A stretch of DNA of 64,000 bases from a candidate division FCPU426 bacterium (GTDB lineage Bacteria > Oederibacteriota > Muellerivitia > Muellerivitales > Muellerivitaceae): assembly GCA_963796105.1 (NCBI GenBank), contig CAWCKJ010000010.1:110653-174652 (forward strand). The letters run 5' to 3'. Every line of letters begins with the position of its first letter. Within the stretch, counting starts at the first letter, position 1. The translations under genes were made by a program, and so were the position numbers. Shown here one piece after another: positions 28,465 through 39,623 of this stretch. Below the pieces are notes generated by a model that saw nothing but the letters and a program-made list of their open reading frames with translations, was not told the DNA's origin and did not search any database.

Positions 28465-29619
28465 TTAGAACCGGATCGCCGCGTCCATGGCCCCGCCCAC
28501 CGCGATGGCGTCCTGGATGGCCGGGAGACTCCTGGTCACGAAGGATAGATCCAGGGTGAATTTCGCGGATTGGTAGCCGATCCCGAAACACCACATCTGG
28601 GAATTGGAAATATCATCGTTGAAGGTCCCCAGCCGGATCACCAGGTTGTTCTCGGGATAAAAACGCTCCATGCCGAATTTCCAGCGGGTTTCCTTCGAGA
28701 CCCAAATGACATCCCCCTCCAGCACGATGTTCTTATCCTGCGGCGCGATTACCAGCCCGAAGTCCGTGGCGTAGGGGAAATTCGCGTTGAGGGTCAGATT
28801 TTGGGTGGAGGCCACGGTTTCCCGGCCAGCCGAGTCCAGTTGGATCGTTTGCCTTTGGGCGGTCCAGTTGAAGTTGGATTGGATGTTCTGGAGCATGAGA
28901 CCTGCCTGGAGGGTTTGGTTCAGGTTGGCGAAGAGCCCCGCGTCAATGCTCAATCCCAAACCGGATGAGGCGGTGGTTTTGGTGTAATTGTAGCCCCCGG
29001 TGACAGCCGTGTTATAGGTTCCCGTCAAACTTGTGTTGTTGTATTCAATGCCGTCGTGGTACTTGAGGCTTCCCCCAATGGATAAAAAAGGAATGCTTCC
29101 CAGGGGAAGGGGATTGGAGTAGCCCACGATCAATGTCGCGATTTGCCGCTTGGTTTTCTGGTAATTCAAGGAATAGGTGGTGCCGGCGGAAAGATTGTTC
29201 GCATCCCGTTCATGGAAGAAGGCCATGGAGCCGTTGGAGGCGTTCTGGCTCAGGTCCTGGTTCCAAAGGACACCCCCGGCCATATTCATGTATTTCGCGA
29301 CGAAGAGGCCGGTGTATTGCTGAAGGCGCTTGAAGGGGTTGGCCCCGGACTGGAGGGCGGTGTCATCCGTCAATTTGAGGATGGGCGTGCTGGTGTTGCT
29401 GGTATCGAAGGCCGAGTAGCCTGATGCCACGGTCCAAACATGGGGGTTGGTCGCGCTGTCGGGAAGGGACAGGAGGGCCGGGTTCCAGTAAAGCCCGAAA
29501 GCCCCCATGGGGGCCGCGGATGTGGCCCCGCCGATGGCCATGCTATGGGCGTCCTGGGCTGACGCCGTCTTGGCCATGAGAAGAAGGACGATTAACGCTT
29601 GTTTCCAGCTTTGTTTCAT
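28465..29619 (-). CDS. Outer-membrane beta-barrel (FadL/PorV/TraF-like)
   Basis: Signal peptide, AHSMAIGGA...YWNPALL, alternating beta strands, terminal F. Confidence 0.7.
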   Translation of the reverse strand: MKQSWKQALIVLLLMAKTASAQDAHSMAIGGATSAAPMGAFGLYWNPALLSLPDSATNPHVWTVASGYSAFDTSNTSTPILKLTDDTALQSGANPFKRLQQYTGLFVAKYMNMAGGVLWNQDLSQNASNGSMAFFHERDANNLSAGTTYSLNYQKTKRQIATLIVGYSNPLPLGSIPFLSIGGSLKYHDGIEYNNTSLTGTYNTAVTGGYNYTKTTASSGLGLSIDAGLFANLNQTLQAGLMLQNIQSNFNWTAQRQTIQLDSAGRETVASTQNLTLNANFPYATDFGLVIAPQDKNIVLEGDVIWVSKETRWKFGMERFYPENNLVIRLGTFNDDISNSQMWCFGIGYQSAKFTLDLSFVTRSLPAIQDAIAVGGAMDAAIRF

Positions 29620-29914
29620 GGGCGTAGTTTACTCATTGAAAAGACCCAAATCAAAAGAGTTATTCGGGAATAGGACAAACCCGCTTGATTCCTGGGGGGG
29701 GGCCACCGCTTTTCCCATCACCCGCTTGGTGGTCGGGCTTGAACTCGTCGCTCCATCTCGGGGTTTTTTCAGACTTGTGACCACTTGAGGATTATCAGGG
29801 GTTTAGGTTCCGGGGTCGGAGAAAATGAGCGGCAAGGGCCTTAACCCGCTTTTAAAAATACGGATTTGTGGTAAACTCCGTTCATTTTACAGGTGTTTCC
29901 AGGAGGTTTTTCCC

Positions 29915-30961
29915 ATGAAATCAAATTTCAAGTTGGCCTTATTGGCGTCCGCGGCCTTGCTGGCGGCCCAGGGGGTTCAATCCCAAACGGCTTCAAGCAC
30001 ACCAAGCTCCAGCGCTGCTTCGGCTGGAAAGCCCCCCAAAATTGTTTGCTTCCACCCGAACTTTGATTTCCACGATCAGGAGGAAGGACCCGATATCACC
30101 CACTTGTTTACCATCCGGAACGTCGGAAAAGGCACCTTGATCATTAATAATGTCGGCACTTCCTGCGGCTGTACCGCCGCGGTAGTGGACAACAAGGAAA
30201 TTCCTCCGGGCGGCAAGGGCAAGATCAAGGTCACCTACCATACCAGCGGCCGTCCAGGGCACGCCGAGAAGACCATCACGGTTTCCTCCAATGACCCGGT
30301 AAACGGCAACTTTCAGTTGAAAATTCAAATGACGGTCGTGCGTGAGATCGACACCATGCCGGACCGGCTTTACCTCTTCAATATCAAGAAGGGAGAGGCC
30401 CGTAGTTCCATGGTCACCATCCTCGGGCGCCCAGGCAACAATTTAGAAGTCACCTCCGCCGAGAGCACCAATAAAATCGTGACGGTCGCCTTGACGCCCT
30501 ACGCCCAGCCGACTCCCGGCTCGGAAAGGCAGGGCGGCGTTTTAAAAGTGGACTTACCGGCCACCCTGGCGATCGGGAATTTCACCGACGATATCCAGGT
30601 CAAGACCAACGATCCCAAGAAGCCTCAGATCGACGTGCAGGTCATGGGGGAAATCGTGGGCCGAATCCAATTGAACAACAAGAACCTCTTTTTCGGGCCC
30701 CACCAGGAAAGCCCCAGCACGGTGAATATCACGGTGGACCATCCCCAGGGTTTCGCCATCCGGAAGGTGGAGTCCTTTAAGCACTTGGCCAAGCCTTCCA
30801 TCAAGAAAAATGTCCTGCCGGACGGATCGGACCAATACATCCTATCGGTTACGGTCGTGAAGAACCTTCCGAAGGACAGCGACGGGAAAGACCAGGTGTT
30901 CATCTACACCAACGATCCGGAACAGCCCAAACTCACGGTGGATGTGACCATCAATCACTGA
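29915..30961 (+). CDS. DUF1573 (Ig-like) domain exported protein
   Basis: Signal peptide, FTIRNVG, TSCGCT, IPPGGKG, VSSNDP; AGGAGG RBS. Confidence 0.85.
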   Translation: MKSNFKLALLASAALLAAQGVQSQTASSTPSSSAASAGKPPKIVCFHPNFDFHDQEEGPDITHLFTIRNVGKGTLIINNVGTSCGCTAAVVDNKEIPPGGKGKIKVTYHTSGRPGHAEKTITVSSNDPVNGNFQLKIQMTVVREIDTMPDRLYLFNIKKGEARSSMVTILGRPGNNLEVTSAESTNKIVTVALTPYAQPTPGSERQGGVLKVDLPATLAIGNFTDDIQVKTNDPKKPQIDVQVMGEIVGRIQLNNKNLFFGPHQESPSTVNITVDHPQGFAIRKVESFKHLAKPSIKKNVLPDGSDQYILSVTVVKNLPKDSDGKDQVFIYTNDPEQPKLTVDVTINH

Positions 30962-31190
30962 CGGCCGCGAGGCTTGAAATTCACTCATCAGGCCTGAGCT
31001 TTCCGCTATTCGGGCTGTTTTAAAGCCATTCGACTCAAATCCACTTCTGACGCGAAAATGAAGGCGACCGCCTTCTTTTTCGTTTTTGGTGGGGGCCCCT
31101 CCGCTTCTTCGGTTAGAATAATCCCCCGGGTTTTGAATGAATTTCCCCCAAGCTCGAGGATTTCCTGGTAAACCGGATCAAAGAGAACAA

Positions 31191-33026
31191 ATGAAGACGA
31201 CTTCTGAAAAGACAATGACTGAATCCCCAAAACCCAAGCTTTCCCTCAACATCTACATGAGGCTCCTGGCCTATGGCAGGGATTATCCCTGGCGGATCAA
31301 GCTCTTGGGGCTTTCCATGGTGCTGTCCGCGCTGTCCACCTCATTCGTCATGTACCAGTTGAAACCCATCATGGACGGGACTTTCGTCGTCACCGACAAT
31401 CCCGCGGAGAAATTCAGCCATTTGATCTATTACGTCCTTCCCCTCACTTTCGGGGCCGCGGTGATCCGAGCTGTCTCGGGTTACGCCCAGCAGTATTACA
31501 TCGGCTATCTCGCCCAGCAGATCATCCAAAAACTGCGAAACAACCTTTACGCGCATTTTCTCACCCTGCCGATGGCCTACTTCAATTCCCACAGGACCGG
31601 GGGTCTTGCCACCCGCATCACCAGCGACGTCCAGAAACTGCAGGACTCCATCACGAATGTGGTGGGAGGGGGGATCACCTCCAGCCTGACGGCCTTGTCG
31701 CTGATCGGGGTGATCGTCTATCTGGACTGGCAAATGGCCCTGATCGCCCTGGTGGTGTTTCCCCTGGCGCTTTTTCCCATCTATAGGTACGGCCGGAAGA
31801 TCCGGCACGCTTCCGGGGAGCAGCAACAGCACCTGGCCGACTTGAACTCGCAAATCCACGAGACCCTCTCGGGAATCCGGGTCGTGAAAGCCTTCGGCAT
31901 GGAGCCTTATGAGAGGAACAAGTTCCAGAAAACCAACGAGAAATTCCGGCAGACCACCATGAGGTCCATCCGGGCTTTCGCGGCCTCCTCGCCCATCGTG
32001 GAAATGATCGCGACGGTCGCCTTGATGGTGCTCATGGTCTGGCTGGCGAAAAGGGCGCTTTTCCCGCCCAGGGACTTGACCGTGGGCCAATTCGTGGCTT
32101 TTTTCGGGGCCACGGCCAGCCTTTACCCCCAGCTGAAGAATTTCAACGGTCTCTGGTCCGGCCTCCAGAACGCGGTGGCCTCGGCGGAGAGGTGTTTTGA
32201 GATTCTCGATACCCCCGATCCCATGAGGGACGAGAAGGGCGCGGTGGAAGTGGGGGTCTTGAGGAAATCCCTGGAATTCAGGAACATCAGTTTCGAGTAC
32301 GTGCCGGGCCATCAGGTCCTCAAGGAGATTTCCTTTTCCGTGGAAAAGGGCGAGGTGGTGGCGCTCGTGGGGCCCTCCGGGGGGGGGAAGACCACCTTGG
32401 TGGATTTGATCCCGCGTTTTTACCATCCCACCTCCGGGGTGATCCTTTGGGACGGGCAGGACATCGCCAAGACCAAAATGGATTCCCTCCGGTCCAACAT
32501 CGCTGTCGTGACCCAGGAAACCATCCTTTTCCACGATACCATCACGAGGAACATCGCCTATGGCAAGCCAACAGCCGATTTCTGGGACGTGCAAAAGGCG
32601 GCCCAGGCGGCCTATGCCAACGATTTCATTGTCAATTCCCCCCAGGGTTTCAACACGGTCATCGGCGAGAGGGGCGTGAAACTTTCAGGCGGCCAGAGGC
32701 AGCGCCTGGCCATCGCGCGAGCCATCCTGAAAAATCCACCCTTCCTGATCCTGGATGAGGCCACCTCGGCCTTGGATAACGAAAGCGAGCAATTGGTCCA
32801 AAAGGCGTTGGATGAGCTCATGGGAAACCGCACCACGCTGGTCATAGCCCACCGCCTCTCCACCGTCCGGAAAGCCCACAGGATCCTGGTCATCGACAAG
32901 GGGCGCATCGTGGAAGAAGGGAAGCACTCGACTCTCCTGGCCAAGGGAGGGCTATACGCCAAGCTGTATAAAATGCAGTTTCGGGACATGACCCATAAGG
33001 ACTTGCAAGAAGCGGGTGAGGCATAA
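31191..33026 (+). CDS. msbA: Lipid A-core flippase-type ABC transporter
   Basis: TMD plus NBD GPSGGGKT, LSGGQRQR, ILDEATSALD; heads LPS cluster; start uncertain. Confidence 0.85.
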   Translation: MKTTSEKTMTESPKPKLSLNIYMRLLAYGRDYPWRIKLLGLSMVLSALSTSFVMYQLKPIMDGTFVVTDNPAEKFSHLIYYVLPLTFGAAVIRAVSGYAQQYYIGYLAQQIIQKLRNNLYAHFLTLPMAYFNSHRTGGLATRITSDVQKLQDSITNVVGGGITSSLTALSLIGVIVYLDWQMALIALVVFPLALFPIYRYGRKIRHASGEQQQHLADLNSQIHETLSGIRVVKAFGMEPYERNKFQKTNEKFRQTTMRSIRAFAASSPIVEMIATVALMVLMVWLAKRALFPPRDLTVGQFVAFFGATASLYPQLKNFNGLWSGLQNAVASAERCFEILDTPDPMRDEKGAVEVGVLRKSLEFRNISFEYVPGHQVLKEISFSVEKGEVVALVGPSGGGKTTLVDLIPRFYHPTSGVILWDGQDIAKTKMDSLRSNIAVVTQETILFHDTITRNIAYGKPTADFWDVQKAAQAAYANDFIVNSPQGFNTVIGERGVKLSGGQRQRLAIARAILKNPPFLILDEATSALDNESEQLVQKALDELMGNRTTLVIAHRLSTVRKAHRILVIDKGRIVEEGKHSTLLAKGGLYAKLYKMQFRDMTHKDLQEAGEA

Positions 33027-33033
33027 GGTGCGG

Positions 33034-33633
33034 ATGAAAAGAATGAAACGCCCTGCGGTCTTCCTGGACCGCGATGGAACCTTGATCCGGGACGCCCATT
33101 ACCTCAAGCATCCGGACCAAATGCGGTTTTTTTCCAAGACGGCAGAGGCCTTGAAATTGCTTCGAAAAGCTGGGTTTTACCTGTTCTTGGTGACCAACCA
33201 GTCCGGCGTGGCTCGCGGTTTTTTTTCGGAAAGCATGGTGAAGAAAATCCACGGGAAGATGCGGTCCTATCTCGCGTCTAAGGGAACTGGAGTGCACGCT
33301 TATTTTTATTGCCCCCACTTCAAGGGCGGGAAAGTAAAATCCTTGAGCAAGGATTGCGGCTGTCGCAAACCGAAACCAGGGATGGTGCTGGCGGCGTCAA
33401 GGCGTTACCCGGTGGATCTCAAGCGTAGTTTCATGGTTGGGGATAAGATGGATGACGCCTTGCTGGCGCGAAACGCCCGTTTGGGGGGAATAGTCTTGGT
33501 CCTGACGGGGAATGGCCGGAAAAGCCAAAAGGCGTTCCGGGAAATGAGGATGAGGAACGCCGAAGTCAAAGCGGATATCCTCCAGGCGGCCAAGTGGATT
33601 GTCCGGCAAGTGCCGACTGGGGCGAAACGGTAG
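33034..33633 (+). CDS. gmhB: Heptose-1,7-bisphosphate phosphatase
   Basis: FLDRDGT, TNQSG, CPH...CGCRKPKPGM, MVGDK. Confidence 0.93.
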   Translation: MKRMKRPAVFLDRDGTLIRDAHYLKHPDQMRFFSKTAEALKLLRKAGFYLFLVTNQSGVARGFFSESMVKKIHGKMRSYLASKGTGVHAYFYCPHFKGGKVKSLSKDCGCRKPKPGMVLAASRRYPVDLKRSFMVGDKMDDALLARNARLGGIVLVLTGNGRKSQKAFREMRMRNAEVKADILQAAKWIVRQVPTGAKR

Positions 33634-33689
33634 TTTCTAGTTGCGAGTAACGGCGATGATACGAAAATAGCGAACAATAAGACCCAAAG

Positions 33690-34706
33690 GTGCCCATGAA
33701 AAAACCGATATTTCCAAACGATTTCGAGCCGAAGGCCTCGGCGCTTTTAAAGAAGTTCAAAAAGATCCGCCTCATGGTGGCGGGGGACCTGATGGTGGAC
33801 GAGGCTGTTTACGGCGATTCCGAGCGAATCTCCCGTGAGGCGCCGGTGTTGATCCTGCGCTATACCCACACGGACCTCATCCCGGGCGGTGCGGCCAACG
33901 CCGCCAACAACGCCAGGGACCTGGGGGCTGAGGTTTTCCCGCTGGGAGTGGTCGGCGATGACGAGCAGGGCCACAAGCTTCTCCGCTATTTCAAAATGAA
34001 GAAAATGGACACTTCCGGGGTGGTGGCGGTGAAACACCGCCACACCACCGTGAAGTCGCGCATCATGGCCGGCGCCCACCATACGGCGAAACAGCAGGTG
34101 ATCCGCATCGATAAGATCGACGAGAGGGATGTTTCCAGGGGAGTGGAGGCCAAGCTGGTGGGAAGGGTCACGGCCCTGGCCCCCCGCATGGATGCCCTTC
34201 TCATATCCGACTACGGACTTGGCGTGATGACCGAGGCGCTTCGCAGGACCCTTCTGTCGGCCTTTGAGGGGAAAATCATCACGGTGGATTCCCGCTACAG
34301 GCTGGGCGAATATAAAGGCGCCACCCTGGTCACCCCCAATGTCGCGGAAGCGGGGCCGGCGGCTGGCATAGAGATCGAGAACGAGGCGGGCCTGCTGAAA
34401 GCCGGGAAGACTCTTCAAGAGAAACTGGGCTGCAATGTTCTTATCACGCAGGGGCCCCAAGGCATGGCGCTGTTCGACCTTAAAGGCGGGATGACCCGCC
34501 TGCCTGTTTACGGCATCGACCAGCCGGTGGACCCTACGGGCGCGGGGGACACGGTGGCGGTCGCGGCCACCCTGGCTTTGGCCGCGGGCGAGGATTTGCG
34601 GACGGCGGGAGCCCTGGCCACCCTGGCGGCGGGGCAAGTGGTCGCCAAGCGGGGAACGGCCACGACAAACGCCGAGGAAATCCTGTCGGCATTGAGGGCG
34701 AAATAA
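33690..34706 (+). CDS. Heptose-7-phosphate kinase (HldA/RfaE domain I), paralog 1
   Basis: GDLMVDE..RISREAPV, GGAANAA, SDYGLG, TPN, DPTGAGDT. Confidence 0.88.
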   Translation: MPMKKPIFPNDFEPKASALLKKFKKIRLMVAGDLMVDEAVYGDSERISREAPVLILRYTHTDLIPGGAANAANNARDLGAEVFPLGVVGDDEQGHKLLRYFKMKKMDTSGVVAVKHRHTTVKSRIMAGAHHTAKQQVIRIDKIDERDVSRGVEAKLVGRVTALAPRMDALLISDYGLGVMTEALRRTLLSAFEGKIITVDSRYRLGEYKGATLVTPNVAEAGPAAGIEIENEAGLLKAGKTLQEKLGCNVLITQGPQGMALFDLKGGMTRLPVYGIDQPVDPTGAGDTVAVAATLALAAGEDLRTAGALATLAAGQVVAKRGTATTNAEEILSALRAK

Positions 34707-34742
34707 GGTTTACCGCTTTTCATCAAAACCAAATGAGGTGAT

Positions 34743-35243
34743 ATGACTGAGGTTTTTTTAAACCATGACGCTCTCGCCGAGAAAATCCAGGGTCTCAAAT
34801 CCCGGGGCAAGAAAATCGTTTTCGCCAACGGCTGTTTCGACCTGCTTCACGTGGGGCATGTGCGATATCTGCGGGGCGCCAAGGCCCTGGGGGATGTGCT
34901 GGTGCTGGCCTTGAACTCCGATGACTCGGTCCGCAGACTAAAGGGTAAGGAAAGGCCCCTGCTCCCGCTGGAGGACAGACTGGGAATCCTTTCGGCTTTC
35001 GAGATGGTGGATTACATCACGGTTTTCAACGACGATACGGTCACGCCGCTTTTGCTGAAATTAAAACCGGACATCCACGCCAAGGGCACGGATTACACCC
35101 CCGAGACCGTGCCTGAAAAGGATACGGTCGCCTCCTACGGGGGAATAGTAGCGGTGGTGGGGGACCCGAAGGACCACGCCTCCAGGAACCTGATCAAAGA
35201 AATCCTGAGTAAATACGGCAGTCCAGAGGCCCGGAAAACTTGA
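34743..35243 (+). CDS. Heptose-1-phosphate nucleotidyltransferase (HldC/RfaE domain II), paralog 1
   Basis: ANGCFDLLHVGH, LNSDDSV, HAKGTDY. Confidence 0.9.
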   Translation: MTEVFLNHDALAEKIQGLKSRGKKIVFANGCFDLLHVGHVRYLRGAKALGDVLVLALNSDDSVRRLKGKERPLLPLEDRLGILSAFEMVDYITVFNDDTVTPLLLKLKPDIHAKGTDYTPETVPEKDTVASYGGIVAVVGDPKDHASRNLIKEILSKYGSPEARKT

Positions 35244-36292
35244 ACCCGACTTTCAAACCCCAGCACATCCTGGTTTCCCGCACGGATAAAATGGGGGACC
35301 TCCTGCTTTCCCTTCCGGTTTTTACCACCCTGAGGGCGAATTTTCCCCAAGCGAAGATTACGGCCCTCGTCAGCCCCTACGCCAGCGAGTTGGTTCAGGG
35401 CCACTCACGGGTGGACGCCGTCGAGCTGTTGAAGGAAGAGGAGAATGTCTCCCAACTGGCTGGGAGGTTGAAACGCCTCCACGCGGACACGTTCATCGCG
35501 CTTTATCCCCGCCCAAAGATCGTCATGGCGGCCTGGATGGCGGGCATTCCCCGGAGAATCGGGACCGCCTACCGGTGGTACGGGATGTTTTTCAACCAAA
35601 GGGTCAAGGTCCACCGATCGGCTTGCGACCGACATGAGCTTGAATACAACTTGGATTTGATCGAGCCGCTGGGAGTCACCAGGCTTATCCCGAAAATCGA
35701 GTTTCCCGTGACGGATTTGGACCGGATTTTCGTCTCGGATTTTCTGCGGGAAAGGGGGCTTCCGCCTGGAAACAAGTATGTGGTGGTCCATCCCGGCCAT
35801 AAGGACTCGGCCTTGAATTGGAGGCCCCAGAGGTACGCGGAACTTATCGAAATGCTAAGCCGGGAACCGGGTTTGAAGGTGGTGATCACGGGAGGCCCCG
35901 ATGAAACGCCCCTGATCTCGCAAGTCAGCGCTTTTCTCCACTCCCTCGAGGCGGGGAACAAGCCGGTTCTGGTCATCGGAGAGCTTGGGTTCAAACAGCT
36001 GGGAGCCCTCTATGAGGGGGCAGATTGTTTCATATCCGGCTCGACCGGAACCATGCACCTGGCAGCCGCTGTCGGCACCCCGACCGTGGCCCTCTTTTGC
36101 CCCATCCCTGAAACCACTCCGGTCCGATGGGGCCCGGTGGGAAACGAGGCCACTGTCTTGATGCCCCATGAGTCGGAATGCGGCAATTGCAATTTGGGAA
36201 CCTGCCAAAAACACGACCCGATGGACGGGATTCCGGTGGATGAGGTTTTCCAAGCTGTCCGGAAACATCGGGCGAAGGCTGAAAAGAAGTGA
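35240..36292 (+). CDS. Glycosyltransferase family 9 (heptosyltransferase)
   Basis: RTDKMGDLLL, VHPG, STGTMHLAAAVGTPTVALF. Confidence 0.92.
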   Translation: MNPTFKPQHILVSRTDKMGDLLLSLPVFTTLRANFPQAKITALVSPYASELVQGHSRVDAVELLKEEENVSQLAGRLKRLHADTFIALYPRPKIVMAAWMAGIPRRIGTAYRWYGMFFNQRVKVHRSACDRHELEYNLDLIEPLGVTRLIPKIEFPVTDLDRIFVSDFLRERGLPPGNKYVVVHPGHKDSALNWRPQRYAELIEMLSREPGLKVVITGGPDETPLISQVSAFLHSLEAGNKPVLVIGELGFKQLGALYEGADCFISGSTGTMHLAAAVGTPTVALFCPIPETTPVRWGPVGNEATVLMPHESECGNCNLGTCQKHDPMDGIPVDEVFQAVRKHRAKAEKK

Positions 36293-37515
36293 CGGAAACC
36301 CACGATCATGAATCTTTCAAGCGAAACCGCCTGAAAATGAGTTTGCCGCCCATCCTGTTTATGTTTCTTCTTATTCTCCTGCTCCTTTCCGGATGCTCCC
36401 TTCTTTTCGTGGCAAAGGGAGGAACCCATTACAAGAACGGAAAAAGCGAGGAGGTTCCACCGGCGAAATCCCTTTCCAGGCAGATGGCCTATGACGTCGT
36501 GGAATACCATGTCCAGAAGGGGGACAGTCTGCCCCTGCTCTCGGAGGCTTACTATGGCGACAAGGGAAAAACAGAAAAAATAGCCATCTATAACCATTTG
36601 GATATGAAAGCCAGGCTCAGGCCCAAGATGCTATTGAGAATCCCAACCCCCCTTTATTTTCCGAACCCAGCGGATATCAAGAGAAACAAGACTGAATCCA
36701 GCCTGAAAAAGAAAAATCCTAATGCTTCAAATAGCCCCAGCCCCACTCCCGATCCCTTGATGAGGAAAATCTCAAAATTAGCGAGACCCAAGATCAATAG
36801 GGCTTTCGCCCCAGGGGAAAGGCTCAAGTTCGAGGTAAGGGTCCTTTCCATGCTGGGAGGCTACGCCACCCTGGAAGTAGGAAAATTCTTAAATGTCGCG
36901 GGGAGGCCCTGCCTGCCCTTGAGCGTCCACACGAATTCCACCATGCCCCTGACCACCTTTTATCCGGTCGGGGATGTCCAGGTGAGCTACATGGACGCTG
37001 TGGACTTTCTTACCTGGAAATTCCAGAACAACATCCATGAAGGGGATTACCGGACTCAAAACCTGGAGATTTACGACCAATTGAGGCACCGGATGACGCG
37101 AAAGCACAACCAGGACCCGCTTTTGGAAATGGATATCGCGCCTTATTCCCAAGACATCATTTCCTGTTTCTATTATTTCCGCCTTTTGCCCATTGAGCTT
37201 GGGAAGGTCTATTCGGTTCCCACCCAGTCGAGCGGTAAGAATTACCAGTTGATCGTTCGGGTTGTGAGAAGGGAAAGCGTCACTGTGCCGGCGGGGACTT
37301 TCGACTGTTTTGTCTTGAAGCCCGTCATCCGGGAGGAGACTATTTTCCGGAACAAGGGGGATATCGACATCTGGGTCACTGCCGACGAGCGCCACATCCC
37401 GGTCAAGGCCCAAAGCGGAATCGTCATCGGTCATGTCGATGTCGACCTTCTGGACGCCAACCTGCCGCCCATAGGAAATGGATCAATTAATTCATGGCTT
37501 AGTACAGCGCGTTAG
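36289..37515 (+). CDS. LysM + DUF3108 lipoprotein
   Basis: Lipobox LSGC, YHVQKGDSL LysM, TVPAGTFDC and IWVTADERHIPV; start may be downstream. Confidence 0.8.
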   Translation: MTETHDHESFKRNRLKMSLPPILFMFLLILLLLSGCSLLFVAKGGTHYKNGKSEEVPPAKSLSRQMAYDVVEYHVQKGDSLPLLSEAYYGDKGKTEKIAIYNHLDMKARLRPKMLLRIPTPLYFPNPADIKRNKTESSLKKKNPNASNSPSPTPDPLMRKISKLARPKINRAFAPGERLKFEVRVLSMLGGYATLEVGKFLNVAGRPCLPLSVHTNSTMPLTTFYPVGDVQVSYMDAVDFLTWKFQNNIHEGDYRTQNLEIYDQLRHRMTRKHNQDPLLEMDIAPYSQDIISCFYYFRLLPIELGKVYSVPTQSSGKNYQLIVRVVRRESVTVPAGTFDCFVLKPVIREETIFRNKGDIDIWVTADERHIPVKAQSGIVIGHVDVDLLDANLPPIGNGSINSWLSTAR

Positions 37516-38806
37516 ACCGTCTCTCGCCCAATAGGTGGTAGTTTTTTTCCTGGATGGCTTTCATGACCAACGGGCGGTTGCTGTAGAGGGAAAGAGGGGC
37601 GTTGATTTTTTCCACGATATATCCCCCCCAGAGCCAAAGACTGGCCGCCAGACAAAGTATCCCTATTACTCTGAAATACCGGATCGAGCTTAATTCCTCC
37701 CAAACATAGAAGGAATAAAGAATCACGACGGGAATCAGGACGTAATAGATATGGGCGAGGGGTTCCTTGTAGGTGAACCAAAAGCTCGCGTAAACCATTA
37801 AGAAAGTTCCCAGGCCCAACGCCGTGACCACCCGTTTTTGCCCGCCCCAGAATATGCCCCCGAAGACGAGTAAAACTAAAGGCTGAAGCCAACCTGTCAG
37901 GAGCAGGAATATTCCGGGCGGGACCAGCCAAGGCGCGCTTTTGAAAAAGCCCATCCGCTGGGGCGTGTGCTGGCCGATGAAACGGGGAATCTCAAAGCTG
38001 GCGAGGGAGAAATACCGGGCCAGGACCGTGAAAAAAGCGAGGAAATTATCCGGGCAAAACAGCCGGGCTGTTCCTGTTCCCCCCGCGCCCTGGGACCAGC
38101 CGTATTTGAGAAAAGTCGGTAGCAAAAGCGCCGCGACTGGCAAAAGGCCTAGCAGGAAACCAGAGGCGGAAGTTAATAATTTCAGGCGGTTTTCCCTTGC
38201 TTGAAAAAAGAAAGATGCCGCCACAAAGGGAAGCAGAAGAATCCAGGAAAAATGGAATTGCATGTTCCAAAAGAGGCCGAAACCCATCAAGGCAAATGCC
38301 CAAGGGGTCGAAAACCAATGGGTGGATAAAGAGGGAACCGCCTCCAGGAATCCCATGAAAAATAGGATGCTCCCAAAAAGAAGCCAAGCGGGATTAATGA
38401 GGCTGGTGGACTCGTGGAGATTCCAGGGAAGAAGGGCAATCCAGGCGAAGATGAACAAAAAGGGGACGTTTTTAACCCGGCGGGAGACACACTTGGCGAA
38501 AAGGGCCAGCGCCGTTAGGGAGAGAAGGTTCAACAAGAGAAAAGGGGCTTCTGGAGCGGGCCAAACGAACAGGGGCAAGCCGATCAACAATCCTTCCAAG
38601 GGGCCGGGGATCTGGGTGTAAAAACCAGTTTCTGTCACAATGAGGTCCGGGCCGAAATAGGGCCAAGTGTGGGTGGTGTAGCATTTCAAACCGGTCAGGA
38701 AGGTTTGGGTCTCATCGACGTCGAAGAAGGGCTGGGTGAAACCGAACAGGGTTCTCAGGGCCAAGAGGAAGAGAAAAAGCAGGATGAACTTCGATCTATT
38801 AGACAA
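37499..38806 (-). CDS. Polytopic membrane protein (GT-C-like)
   Basis: Many TM helices, acidic DE pair after first TM. Confidence 0.7.
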   Translation of the reverse strand: MSNRSKFILLFLFLLALRTLFGFTQPFFDVDETQTFLTGLKCYTTHTWPYFGPDLIVTETGFYTQIPGPLEGLLIGLPLFVWPAPEAPFLLLNLLSLTALALFAKCVSRRVKNVPFLFIFAWIALLPWNLHESTSLINPAWLLFGSILFFMGFLEAVPSLSTHWFSTPWAFALMGFGLFWNMQFHFSWILLLPFVAASFFFQARENRLKLLTSASGFLLGLLPVAALLLPTFLKYGWSQGAGGTGTARLFCPDNFLAFFTVLARYFSLASFEIPRFIGQHTPQRMGFFKSAPWLVPPGIFLLLTGWLQPLVLLVFGGIFWGGQKRVVTALGLGTFLMVYASFWFTYKEPLAHIYYVLIPVVILYSFYVWEELSSIRYFRVIGILCLAASLWLWGGYIVEKINAPLSLYSNRPLVMKAIQEKNYHLLGERRSNALY

Positions 38807-39006
38807 TTTATCTCCTGTTCCCCTCGGACGGGCATGAGCTACATTTGGGAATAAAACCAGGGGGAATTCTTGGAAAAGACTGAAGTTATTATGGTTTGGC
38901 GCTCAGCGCCGTTCAAGTATTTTAGGCCAGACCCGAAAGATGGCTGCTGGATTAAATGTAATGTCGGCGTTAAAATGTGACGTTATTTTTTCAAGGAGAG
39001 GTTTCC

Positions 39007-39576
39007 ATGATTGAGAAGATCCGTGGCCGGATTGAGGAAAGCATCCAGGTCAAACACAACCTTCTGTCCAAGTGCCTGCCCCAAATCGAGAAGGCGGCGG
39101 ACGTCCTGGTGAAAGCTTACCTGCGGGGAAACAAGGCCGTTTTCTTCGGCAACGGCGGAAGCGCGGCTGACGCCCAGCATATCGCGGCTGAATTGGTGGG
39201 GGACTACCTGAAACGCCGCCGGGCGCTGATGGCCCTAGCCCTTCACACCAACACCTCTACCCTGACAGCTTTGGGCAATGATTATGGATACGACCAGGTT
39301 TATTCCCACCAGATCGAGGGCTTATGCGTTGAAGGCGACGTGGCGGTCGGGATTTCCACCTCTGGCAACTCGAAGAACGTCCTGGAGGGACTGATCTCCG
39401 CGAAAAAAGTGAAAGCCCACACCATCGGCCTGTTGGGCCGCGACGGCGGGAAAATCGCCAAGGAAGTGGAAGTGGCCATCGTGGTTCCGGCCTCCGGAAC
39501 CGACAGGATCCAGGAATGCCATATGCTGATGGGCCATATCTTTTGCGAGTTGATCGAATCCGCGATGTTCCCCTGA
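39007..39576 (+). CDS. gmhA: Sedoheptulose-7-phosphate isomerase
   Basis: GNGGSAADAQH, GNDYGY, ISTSGNS, RIQECH. Confidence 0.97.
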   Translation: MIEKIRGRIEESIQVKHNLLSKCLPQIEKAADVLVKAYLRGNKAVFFGNGGSAADAQHIAAELVGDYLKRRRALMALALHTNTSTLTALGNDYGYDQVYSHQIEGLCVEGDVAVGISTSGNSKNVLEGLISAKKVKAHTIGLLGRDGGKIAKEVEVAIVVPASGTDRIQECHMLMGHIFCELIESAMFP

Positions 39577-39623
39577 CAGATTCACGTAAGCCCGCCGTTA
39601 TCCGAAGTTTTACGGAGCGCCTC